DNA from: Octopus sinensis
Taxonomy: Eukaryota
Assembly (NCBI RefSeq): GCF_006345805.1
Contig: NC_043002.1
Location: 83,266,001-83,330,000, forward strand
Reading direction: 5' to 3'
DNA: 64,000 nucleotides
Below, one piece after another: positions 1-10,500 of this stretch. Made by a program: the position numbers and the translations under genes. How positions within the stretch are numbered: the stretch's first letter is position 1; every line of letters begins with the position of its first letter. Below the pieces are notes generated by a model. That model had not been told where the DNA came from. It searched no databases and was given only the letters and a program-made list of their open reading frames with translations.

Positions 1-1560
1 GTTCGACGAGTTTATTTTTGAAATTCTCTGAATTAGGTTCAGATCTTTAGCTGTCTTTGCATCTATAACTGCGTGCGAGTTTGTTTTTGCAACAATGAAT
101 TTTATTTGTTTTGATAATTCTTTGTATTTAATGACTGCTGTGCATTTCCCTAGCACTTTTATAGCTGTGTTATTGTAAGCTGATAATCGAGTTGAGGTTT
201 TTTGCAGTTGTGGTTTTGGAATTATATTTCTATATTCTCTGAATGGCAGTACGGTTACGTCTGCTCCAGTATCAATTTTGAATGTTACATTCGAGTTGTT
301 CACTTTTAGTTCGACCGTCCAAATGTCTTTTGGAGTCTTGAACTTTTCGATTTTGTGCACGCGGGAATTATTTGCAGTGATCATTTCGAGTGCATGTGTA
401 TCGTCATCTGATTCATCGTCGGTATGTATCTCTACTTTATGTACAAATTTTCTTGATTTGCACATTTTTGCATAGTGTCCTTGTTTCTTGCATTTTTCAC
501 ATGTCTTGTGAAATGCTGGGCATTTATTTTTTATAACCACAATAGTGACAGTTAGTGACGTAGTGTTGACTTGGCGCTTGAAACTTCGCGGGCTTTCTGT
601 CACTTCCGCCTTGTTCGTTTTGATGTCTGGATTGCATATGGCGAGTTATTTGAGTTTTGGCGCCTTTTCTGTCGTGTTGACTATATACCCTCGAGATTTC
701 GTTATCTCTTGTTTCGGATGTGGCATTTAGCATCCTTGATTGGAGTCGTGTTTGCTCTGAACTCTGACCTGCTTGAATTGTTTTTTGTAAGTCTAAATTT
801 GGTTCTCTCAATAATCTTTCTCTTAATCTCATGTCTCTGATTCCACATATCAGAATATCTTTGGTGAGACTGTCTGTGAGGTTGCCGAATTCGCACTGTT
901 GTGCCTTTTGACGCAACTCTACCGCGTACTCATCGAATTTTTGATGTTCCGCTTGTCCACATGTGAAGAATTTGTGTCTCAGGAAAGTTATGTTTTTCCT
1001 GGGTTCACAATATGCATCGAATTTTTCGATTACTGTTTGAAGGTTCATTTCTTCGTCGGGTGAATCGAAATCCAGAGTGGAATGGATGTCTCGGCCTTTG
1101 GAACCGATGCAAGTTAAAAACATTGAAGTTTTTACTTTGTCTGGCTTTATGTCACTTTCTGTTGCTATCAAAAAGAGATTGAATTCTTTTTTCCACTTTT
1201 TCCATGCTGCGGCTAGATTTTCCTGATTAAAGTCTAGGTCTTTTGGATGCGGTAAATTTTCCATTTCGTCTTTGAAGTATGATTTCAACTTCTTTTTTCT
1301 TTTGGTTTCTGTATTTTGGGTTCTTTTAGTATTCTGACACCATGTTGTTGTTATATATATATATATATATATAATGTATTGAGTATTAAAGGAAGTAGTG
1401 AGTACTTAGTATGAAAGATTAAGAAAATGAGAGAGACTGAAAAAACGTGTTAACGATACGAGATACTTTATTAGACTGCCGTTGTTGTACAAGGTATTTG
1501 TTGTGGCGGGAAACTTACTGAATGTCCTTGTATCAAGGGAGACAATGGGCAACGTTGATT
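1..1560 (-). mobile_element. Ty3/Gypsy LTR retrotransposon, 5' part (LTR remnant, PBS, gag, protease); continues left of the window
   Basis: Gag ORF 524..1288 (AAAWKKWKKEF..FLTCIG..RKNITFLRHKF..DILICGIRD..LRERLL). After a frameshift near 523, an open frame runs 522..1 with zinc knuckle CEKCKKQGHYAKMC and aspartic protease FKIDTGADVTVLP. PBS TGGTGTCAGAA at 1342..1332. Confidence 0.92.
1332..1342 (-). promoter_or_regulatory. Primer-binding site (tRNA-Leu-like)
   Basis: TGGTGTCAGAA lies just upstream of gag and is complementary to a tRNA 3' end ...UUCUGACACCA. Confidence 0.7.
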
Positions 1561-1590
1561 GTTCATGTTTGTTGTGATGATTACATAACA

Positions 1591-1635
1591 AACACAACGT
1601 TTCGGCTGATATACTCTCCAGCCTTCATCAGGTGC
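1591..1635 (-). ncRNA. Minimal type I hammerhead ribozyme (best-preserved copy)
   Basis: GGCAC-CUGAUGA-A-GGCUG(GAGAGUAUAU)CAGCC-GAAAC-GUU/GUGUU: catalytic core, 5-bp stem II, palindromic ACGU stem III and stem I GGCAC:GUGUU. Confidence 0.75.
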
Positions 1636-2183
1636 CTTGGGGAAATTTCGAACCTGGGTTATCATTGTCCGTGGGTAATTATGGAGTGAATTTTAGAGCT
1701 TATAAATCTAATATTCTCCTATCCTTCCTTAATACCGGTTCCCATATGCTGTTCATATCTGCACTCGGTCTGCTTAGGAGGTTGTTGTGCATATGTGCTG
1801 CTTCTTTTAGTTTTCGTATTTTCCAGTGATGTTCTCTGTCAATCCATTAGCAGGAAAGTCAACATCGTACATGAAGAATTCCACCCACTTCACAGAATTG
1901 ATCAAGGATACCCCCATTGAATCCAACCAGATGGTGAGTCTAGACGTGATAAGTCTGTTCACCAAAGTTCCAACTGGTGAAGCACTATCAGCGATTCAAG
2001 AAAAACTAGTAATACACCCATTTAAAAGGTAGCACTGGTATACCAATAAGAAACTTGATGGAAATGTTGACCTTCTGTGTAGAAACTACCTACTTCAGTA
2101 TGGACACTGATAACAACAACAACAACAACAACAACATCGAAAAATACCCTAGGAATGAGAACCCAGGTTCGAAATTTCTCCAA

Positions 2184-2229
2184 GACACCTGATGAAGGCT
2201 GGAGGAGATATAAGCTGAAACGTTGTGTT
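2184..2229 (+). ncRNA. Minimal hammerhead ribozyme copy (stem II partly decayed)
   Basis: GACAC-CUGAUGA-AGGCUG..AAGCU-GAAAC-GUU/GUGUU. Confidence 0.65.
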
Positions 2230-3031
2230 AGCAACAAGCAAGACGAGGACAAATATCCGTCAATTGTAAATAATGAAAATATCAGTTTTATGTAGAATTG
2301 ATATATTACATGAAAATTCGATGAATATTGTTAATTCGATTTCGGGTTGAAAATTCAAGGACTATCAGACTGATTTTTATTTTTATTTTGAAATGTTATG
2401 AAATGTCGTGAATGCAAGGTTAATTAGGTATCAGATGAAAGTTCATATCTTGGCTACTTGAGACGTCATTGCATATCCTGTGACCTAGTTTAACTGAGAT
2501 AAGAACATATAACCTGTGACCGTATTTAGCTGAGAGAGTTGAAATTAACTTTCATAAAGGAGTGACATATTATTGCTTTTAGTTATGAGACCTTTCCCAG
2601 ATACGTCGCATATATCTTTTAATATGCTGATTAAATTTCTCGTCGCCTGACTACCGTGGCCCGGGAATTAAATTTGTAAACTCTGGTACAAACTGTTTTA
2701 CAAACATGGTGGATTTTTTCAATCTTAATATCAAAAAGGTATAATAATAATAATAACTAACTGGAACCGTGAAAATTTCACGGAAAACATAAAAAATGTA
2801 TTACGGAGATGTACTTGCATAGCGAGTGACTTGGTCTGAGATCGTGTGCTGGAACGAAAACAATTGCAGCGTGGAAGGTGTTTATAAGCCATTTAAGAAA
2901 CACACAAAAACCGTTAGATTCACTTCAACATTTAAATTTAATTTGCCAAAATAATTTCGTCGCTTTGAGACCGCGACCTGTTCACTGACAGAATTCCGTG
3001 CTGCATCTGAGAAAGTAACAGTTAGTTCATG

Positions 3032-3066
<35 letters not shown>

Positions 3067-4939
3067 TGTATGTATGTATGTATGTATGTATGTGCGTATG
3101 TATGTATGTATGTGTGTACATGTGTGTGCGTATGCATGTGTGCATGCCTATACGCATGTATGTACGTATGTACGTGAGTATTAAGGAGAGTGTGTAGACG
3201 TGTTTGTGTGTGTGTACATGTGTATGTACATGTGAACGTATGTTTATGTACTGATATGTGTCAGTTCTAGTTGTATACATGGCTGTTACTTTGTAAGCAT
3301 CTGTAAACAGTGTACTGGTTCCATGAGAAATGTCTGTATATTGTGACCATCTGTCTTTATGTTCTGAGTTCAAATTCTGCCGAGGTCGACTTTGCCTTTC
3401 GTCCTTTAGGGGTCGATAAATTAAGTATCAGTTGTGTACTGGGGTCGATCTAATCAACTGGCCCCCTCCCCCAAAAAACTCAGGCCTAGAAAAGTATATT
3501 GTGACAGTTACAGAATATAGAAAATAATGTAACACCAATGACTATATAATCCAACCAAAATATCTCAGTTACACAAACGTAAAGGGAATTACTATCTAAC
3601 CTTAAAATACATCGTACATATTCAAAGAACCTTAATGTAAAAATTGAAATGCAGAAGAACGAAAATGCAAAAGAACGAAATGATAAATGGATTTATGAAT
3701 GAAAGTTTGATAATTACGTTTATTTCCACCACGCGACACTTCATATTGCAAACATGTTTTAACTAACCTAAACTATACACACACACACAAATACATTTAT
3801 ATATATACAGTTGTAGCTGTAATTCAAAGGGGCCAGCCTTGTCATATTCTGTGAGGCTGAACCTCCCTGAGAACTACATTAATGTTATGCATGTCTGTGG
3901 AGTATTCACCCGTTTGTGAGTTAATTTTATCCTCGTGTGGTAATGAAAAGTGAAATTGACATCCAATATTTGCGGTGTGTATGTATCTATGTATGAACTT
4001 CTCTTTGGATTTATGTATCTACTGTCTCTCTCACTTTCTCTCTTTCTCTTTCACTTCCTTTGTGTCGCTTTTCTCACCCGCTTTTGATTTAACAATGTGT
4101 GTATGTATCTACTTCTCTTGCGATGTAATATTTAAAAACACAAAACGAACGCCGTCACCACTCACTGTCTCTTTCACTCTTTCTCTTTCACTTTTTCTCT
4201 CTCTCTTTCACTCTCTCTCTCCCTTTCTCTCTCACTTTCTCTCTCACTCTCCCTTTCTCCCCCTCTCTCTTTCTTCCTTTCTCTCACTTTGCCACTTCTT
4301 TGAAGTAAGTGTGACGCACACAACAGGTACGTACAAAAATAAAAAGTTAGCGTATTAACGTTATTGACTAGCTGGACCCGTGAAAAATTTCTGCCGAGGT
4401 CGATTTTGCCTTTCGTCTTTTCCGGGTCGATAAATTAAGTACCAATTGTGTACTGGGTCGATCTAATCAACTGGCCCCCTCCCCACAAAAATCTGAGGCC
4501 TAGAGAAGTATATCGTAAAAGTTACAGAATATAGAAAGTAATGTAACACCAATGACTATATATGCAAACACACCAACATCGGTTGTCAAGCAATGGTGGT
4601 GGTAGGACAAACACAGGCTCACATACATACATACAGACAGTAAGTGTCAGATAGTCCACAACGAAGTCTTCACCTCTCTCCCTCCCTGTCTCTTCCTACC
4701 TGTTGCCTTTTAGTTGTGTCTTCAAGCTATTTCTCTTTCACTCTCTTTCTCTCTCAGTTTTTCTCTTGCTATTAAAACAATAAATGTCTAAAATGATTCA
4801 GTGTTTCAATTGAAAAAAATATACGAATGCATTAGTTTTTGTTTAGGATACGGTATCCAATATTTGCTGTGGTTGAAAATACAAAGCAAACACCACCTTC
4901 CTTTGAGTCACCATTCACTCCTTTCTCATATATATGTAC

Positions 4940-5000
<61 letters not shown>

Positions 5001-5630
5001 TGTGTGTGTATGTGTGTGTGTGTGTATGTGTGTGTATCTCGAGTTGTAGTTGTTGTTCAAAGGGGCCAGCCTTGTCACATTCTCTGTGAGGCTGAATCTC
5101 TCCGAGAACTATGTTAATGTGGACTACTCAGCCATTTGTGAGTTAATTTTATCCTCGTGTGGTAATGAAAAGTGAAATTGACATCCAATATTCACGGTGT
5201 GTATGTATCTATGTATGAACTTCTCTTTGGATTTATGTATCTACTGTCTCTCTCACTTTCTCTCTTTCTCTTCCACTTCCTTTGTGTCCACTCACTGTCT
5301 CTTTCCCTCACTCTATCTCACTATCCCTTTTTCTCTCTCTCTCTATGTAAACGACTTATCTCCTCCTCCGAAATTGCTGGCATTGTGACAAAATTTGAAA
5401 CTAATATTTTACTTATAAATAATGGTTATGCACGAATATTTGTTTTATAACGGAAAGTCACGAGTATTTATTTTTCTCTCTCAATGTTCTAAGTTCAAGC
5501 TCCATTGAAGTCACCGTTACTTTTTATGCCTCCAGAGTCATCTGATATTTTAACGACATTTCTGTTTTTACAGAAATGTCGTTAAAATTCCAAGCAGTGA
5601 CCAGAACAATAACAATAACAACAATAATAA

Positions 5631-5676
5631 GACACCTGATGAAGGCTGGAGGGTATATCAGCCGAAACGTTGTGAT
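5631..5676 (+). ncRNA. Minimal hammerhead ribozyme in a solo Penelope pLTR fragment (about 5625-5724)
   Basis: GACAC-CUGAUGA-A-GGCUG(GAGGGUAUAU)CAGCC-GAAAC-GUU/GUGAU; core intact, one mismatch in stem I. Confidence 0.7.
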
Positions 5677-5754
5677 AACAACAAACAAGGTGAGGACAAA
5701 TATCCGTCGAATGTAAATAATGTAATTTCTGTTTTTGTTTTCAATTATTTAAAG

Positions 5755-5881
5755 GAAGACAGCTTATCCAGAAAACATGATCATACTTCATTTGATACCA
5801 AGAATACGAGAAGCTCCGAACATCTCTCCTTTTGCCATAAAGCTAGAGACTTTTCTCCGTATGGCCAAGTTGCCGTATCAG
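5755..5881 (+). CDS. FAXC: FAXC copy 1 exon (127 nt)
   Basis: ttaaag|G...TATCAG|gtaaga; encodes the SPFAIKLETFLRMAKLPYQ motif. Confidence 0.92.
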
Positions 5882-7509
5882 GTAAGACTTCGTTATATCT
5901 TTCGTTTTGGGATTTGGTTTGCAAGATTATTTATATGAGTTCGTGTGTAGAAGCATATTCTGTTGTGTCTGGGGAGAGTCATTTTTTTTTGTGCCTTATA
6001 ATTTAACACACTCACCGGTAAAATTTCCACTTATTTTTTATTTTTATTTTCCTAAAATTTTCGTTGCGTGTTGCAACCTTTTCAATAGCTTATATCTGTT
6101 TTCGCTATATTATTGATCAAAATTGTTTCATGCTGGCGTTCTCTCTGCTAATGAAAAGCGCAATAGACTTCTATTTTCCTGCGTCTGTAAAGCCAGATAT
6201 ATTTAGATTTAACAATAGTAAATGTTATGTTTCTTCAGAAATAAGGTAAGTGGTTGCAATCTAGAATAAATGGAAAAAATTAATTGATAATTTGATTAAC
6301 ATTTACTAACATGACTTGAAAGAAATTTCACTGAGTTTGCAGTTATCTTAAAATTAATTAGTCAAAGTAGGCGGGAAGCGACCATGCTCTTCGTATGCTT
6401 TCACAAATTAATAAAATTGATAGGTTAAAGTTCAGTCTGAATTCTCAAAGTCAACGTCTGTGATAAAAAAAAATAATGTAGATAGACAGGTTACACCAGA
6501 GTGGTGAAGTTCTAGTGAGGGATGACTGTAGGACAGTACATAATAGCGCGTTTAATGGAAAGGCAAGGTTTACGATATCGGAAGAATATCGTTTCCTTCC
6601 ATCATCTTGTTCTTTATGTAGTTCAGGTTTCCGGTAGGCGAAGAGAAAAAGACTTCAAGTACATCTGCTATTTACAACTGGTTTATTTACAGGAGAGGTG
6701 AAGTGTGCTGCTCTCAGCTACCATCTTAAGCTCTGATAGTGTGGGCGCATTGCCTCTGGAAATAGACAGGCAGAAAACCACAGCCAGTGGTGTTGTTCAG
6801 CCAGTGCTGCTGTGTAATGGCGCCGAAGAACAGGAATTTGAAGAGGTTTTTCACTCTATATAGTTTTCTCCATAGCGAGCCTCGTTGTGATCTCGCGCAT
6901 GGCAAATGGATGCAGGTGAGGTTTCGCTCCAGTCTCGGAGATGGCAATGGATGCCGCAAGATCTCATCCAATATGGCACTGGCTGCTTGTGCCGCTACAC
7001 GCGTCTGGGGAGGTGAAGTACAATATAAATGAGGATGGGATGTTAATGTTATTGATGCTGAAGTTCAAGCCCAAATCAGTCGCGATCGAGGAGACCTATG
7101 ATCAAAGGTTTCCTAGTAGTGACCATTGTAGCAATATCCCATGTGCAAGAAATCTAGTTCTGCATTCTACAACGTATCCTTAATCTAAGACAGGAAAAGT
7201 GTGGTTTGAAAGAGATTTGACGAGTATTTTTAATAGATTGACCGACCGACCACGTAGTGAATGATGTGTTGGCACATTGAAGAATGTGGGTGTATGAAGT
7301 AGCAGAAAAAGACATAAAGTAAAGAAGCGGCACGACTGTATGTTGGTGGATAAGACTTTGACTTAGCAAAATGACTGTAGGTGCAGTTACCTCCTCTGAC
7401 GGCGGTTGCCTAATTAGTTGAACAATAGAGGGCATAAGCAACATTACGGTTCAAACACTCATCTCTTTCTCTTTTCTCGCCAAGACGTCGGACAGTAAAG
7501 ACGCGATCT

Positions 7510-7567
<58 letters not shown>

Positions 7568-10500
7568 GCACACATGATACGCCAGCTAGAAGATAGAAGG
7601 TAACACACAGGAGAAGACCATGGCTTCCACGCATCAGACCATTTCCATTTTTCATTCAGCTTATATATATATATATATGCGTGGTCACATTACATTAAAG
7701 GTATTTAAAGTTACCACCTTGTTCCATGTAATTCTTTATACCGGGTTTACTGTCAAATGATATTACAGCCTTCTGAATTGAATCACATTAGATGGAATAC
7801 AACCTATCTAGCTATATGACCATTCTTTGAAGAACGTGTGAAACAGTGGTAGTACAGTTGTAGATATACATGAGAAATACTCCTAGGATAAATGACCAGT
7901 CGTTGGCTTTATCCTGTAGTCAAAAATTTAGTTTCTTCTTTGTTGAACGCTTCCTTTATGGTGATGGCATTGAAGACTCTGTAGACCAATTCTTGCATAG
8001 AAGAGTCGATGACATTGACTGGATGGTAATGGTTGTGGAGGACGAGATTTATTTTGTCGATATGACCGGTACTCATCGATTTTCTTGATATGACCAATAC
8101 TCCTGGATAAGAGTGGATCGGTAGAGTTGTTAGAGCTGTCGGATAGAAAGCCTTTTCAGTATTTGTTCTATCTACTGAGTTCAAATCACATCGAGGTCAA
8201 CATTCCCTTTTCTTCCTTTTTTTGTTCAATAAAAAGTAACAGGCAGAATTGTTAGAGCATCTGACCAGATGCCTCACATTTGTTCTAGCTCGTTGTGTTT
8301 TGACAATAATGTTTGAAATGATAACAGAGCTGAACTGTAACGGCATTGTCTTTTCCTTGGACATCATCTCTGGCATGGACAGAGAAAACTTGCATGCATA
8401 GGAAACTGCTAATCTTCCACAAAGTTTTTGCCCAGGTCTACAACTTGATGCATGGGCAACCCTCATTGACACAACCCTCAGATTCTAATGTTCTGAATAT
8501 GAAGCCTTGTCTTTTGGATGCACAGTTACCAATGTTCTGTAAATGCCAAGACACTGTCGCTATCAGTGCTGGTTGTTTGCTGTGCCATGGTTGAATTGGT
8601 GAATGAAAATATGTTATTCGTTGTGTGAAAAAGATAGCTTAAACTGCACCCGTGAACATGTAGCTGAAGCATTGATTGTTGTATATAACAATCTGCATTG
8701 GCCATTTACAGCTAACAATTGCAATAACTACAGACTGGGAGAAAGATACTGCTCTGAGGTTACAGAAAGCTACAGGCACTGTACCATGTGGTTGGCTCAA
8801 ACTATATGAAATCATTTGCGCTACCTTCGTGGTGACTGAGGCCATTGGTCATCTTCCATAAGCCATCTGCACAAATGTCTGGAACCATCAAAATGATAAT
8901 AGAGGCACAAGTTGCTCTGCTGCCAAAAGTTTAGGTGCCAAAAGTGGTCTTTTATAGGGTACAAGAAGAACATTCTAGGAAATGAAATTATGCCATGGCT
9001 TCGCAGTGATTAGTTGCTTAATAGACCAATCATATGAATCTAATGTGGTTCGCCCGTGGCATCTGAATGGTTATCTAGTGGTTGGGATTTCGAATCATTG
9101 CTACAACACTATGAGAGATCTCTTGTAATGGATCAGTTTCGAAATGTTAACAGATTTTTAAAATTTCCATCTATATTGAATGTCCAATTATATGTAAAAT
9201 TAAAAATCATATATATATATATATTTCATATACTGCCAGGTTGAATATACCCATAAAATGTCACCGAAACACAAATCACCTTGGATTACGTACAACGGAG
9301 AAGCTGTCAGTGACTCCCAGTTCATTATTGAGTATTTAAATAAGAAATTCGATGTTGATTGTAACAGTCATCTCCCGGATGAGCAAAAATGTATTGCTAG
9401 AGCTATGCAGAAAATGGTGGAAGAGAATTTATTTTGGTAAATCATTTTTTTTTGTTTTTTTCAATTTCTTTTCATTTTAGAAATTGTATGATATCTGGTT
9501 AGCAATATTTTAAACTTTCTTTTTATTTTCTGGTTAGAGGATTAGGGGTCAGCATCTGCTTGAACATCTTTAAAGTTACCATCTGCAGTGAAAGCCATAA
9601 ACAATGGTGAGAACTCCATAGAGTTTATGCTCTGGACAGGTAGGATTAGACAAAATCATTTCCTTCTGTTTATGATCCATACATAATGGACATTTCTTTG
9701 CTGAGTAGGGACTAAGTATTTTTTGAAAATTGTATTGAACCCCAAAACAGTGGAGTAATAGAAGAGAGAGTTCCATGTTTCAATGATATAATTTCAGATG
9801 CAACCAAGATTGAGTTTTACCTTGGATCCCTATAAAATAAAAGAATAAATAACAACTATTTAGTGGGGATAAACCTAATTAATTATATCCAAATTCTATT
9901 GTGCTTTATTTCAGTTAACCCAGAAGATGAATGATTCAAGTCCCTTGGGTAGTTTTCTATCCTCATTTCTTTTTCCCCCAATGAAGAGTTTTTAATCTAA
10001 TGTATTATAAGCTATCATTTCTGCCTGAATTTGCTTTCAGACACATCGTTAATGAAGACATGTATACATATTTCTTGATGTTTCTACACTTGCATTTTAC
10101 ACACACACACACACACACATACTTGTATAGATAAATACATGCATACATACATGTATCTACTCCTCTTTAATGTTTAGTTAGTAAACTTTTTTGTTTTTGA
10201 AACATAAATTAATTTTGTTTAATTCAGCTAATTATTTCTCTTCGTTATATTCTTCAGGGCTTTGGCTCTCAGTCGATTTGTTTACAGTTATTCTGATCCA
10301 TCTCTTCGACAACTGATTCCTGTTCCAAAAATTATCATTTGGAGAATAAAAAGAATACTTCTCAGTCAAACATACAGCCAGGGTATTGGTCGACATTCTC
10401 GTTCTGAAGTGGAACATATTGCAATGGGAGATTTAAAGGCACTCTCTGATTTTATTGGTAAGTTATACCATAAAGGTAATTCTATCATAGTCTGAGCATA

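Larger units (their letters stand above)
1555..2280. mobile_element. Penelope-like retroelement remnant with inverted pseudo-LTRs
   Basis: Minus strand 1828..1700 encodes a GIY-YIG C-terminus (HWKIRKLKEAAHMHNNLLSRPS..IWEPVL*). Plus strand 1826..2105 encodes PLE-type RT (MVSLDVISLFTKVP..; LMEMLTFCVETTYF). The same ~130-bp terminal repeat occurs on - (about 1555-1680) and + (about 2150-2280). Confidence 0.85.

Noticed and set aside
2680-2738. Candidate first coding exon of FAXC copy 1 (donor AAAAG|gtata)
   Set aside because: The ATG frame ends in phase 0 and the phase-2 frame has an upstream stop and no Met; it could only be a UTR exon.
4300-4326. Second candidate donor (CAACAG|gtacgt) for FAXC copy 1 exon 1
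   Set aside because: There is an in-frame TGA at 4301 and no TM-coding sequence.
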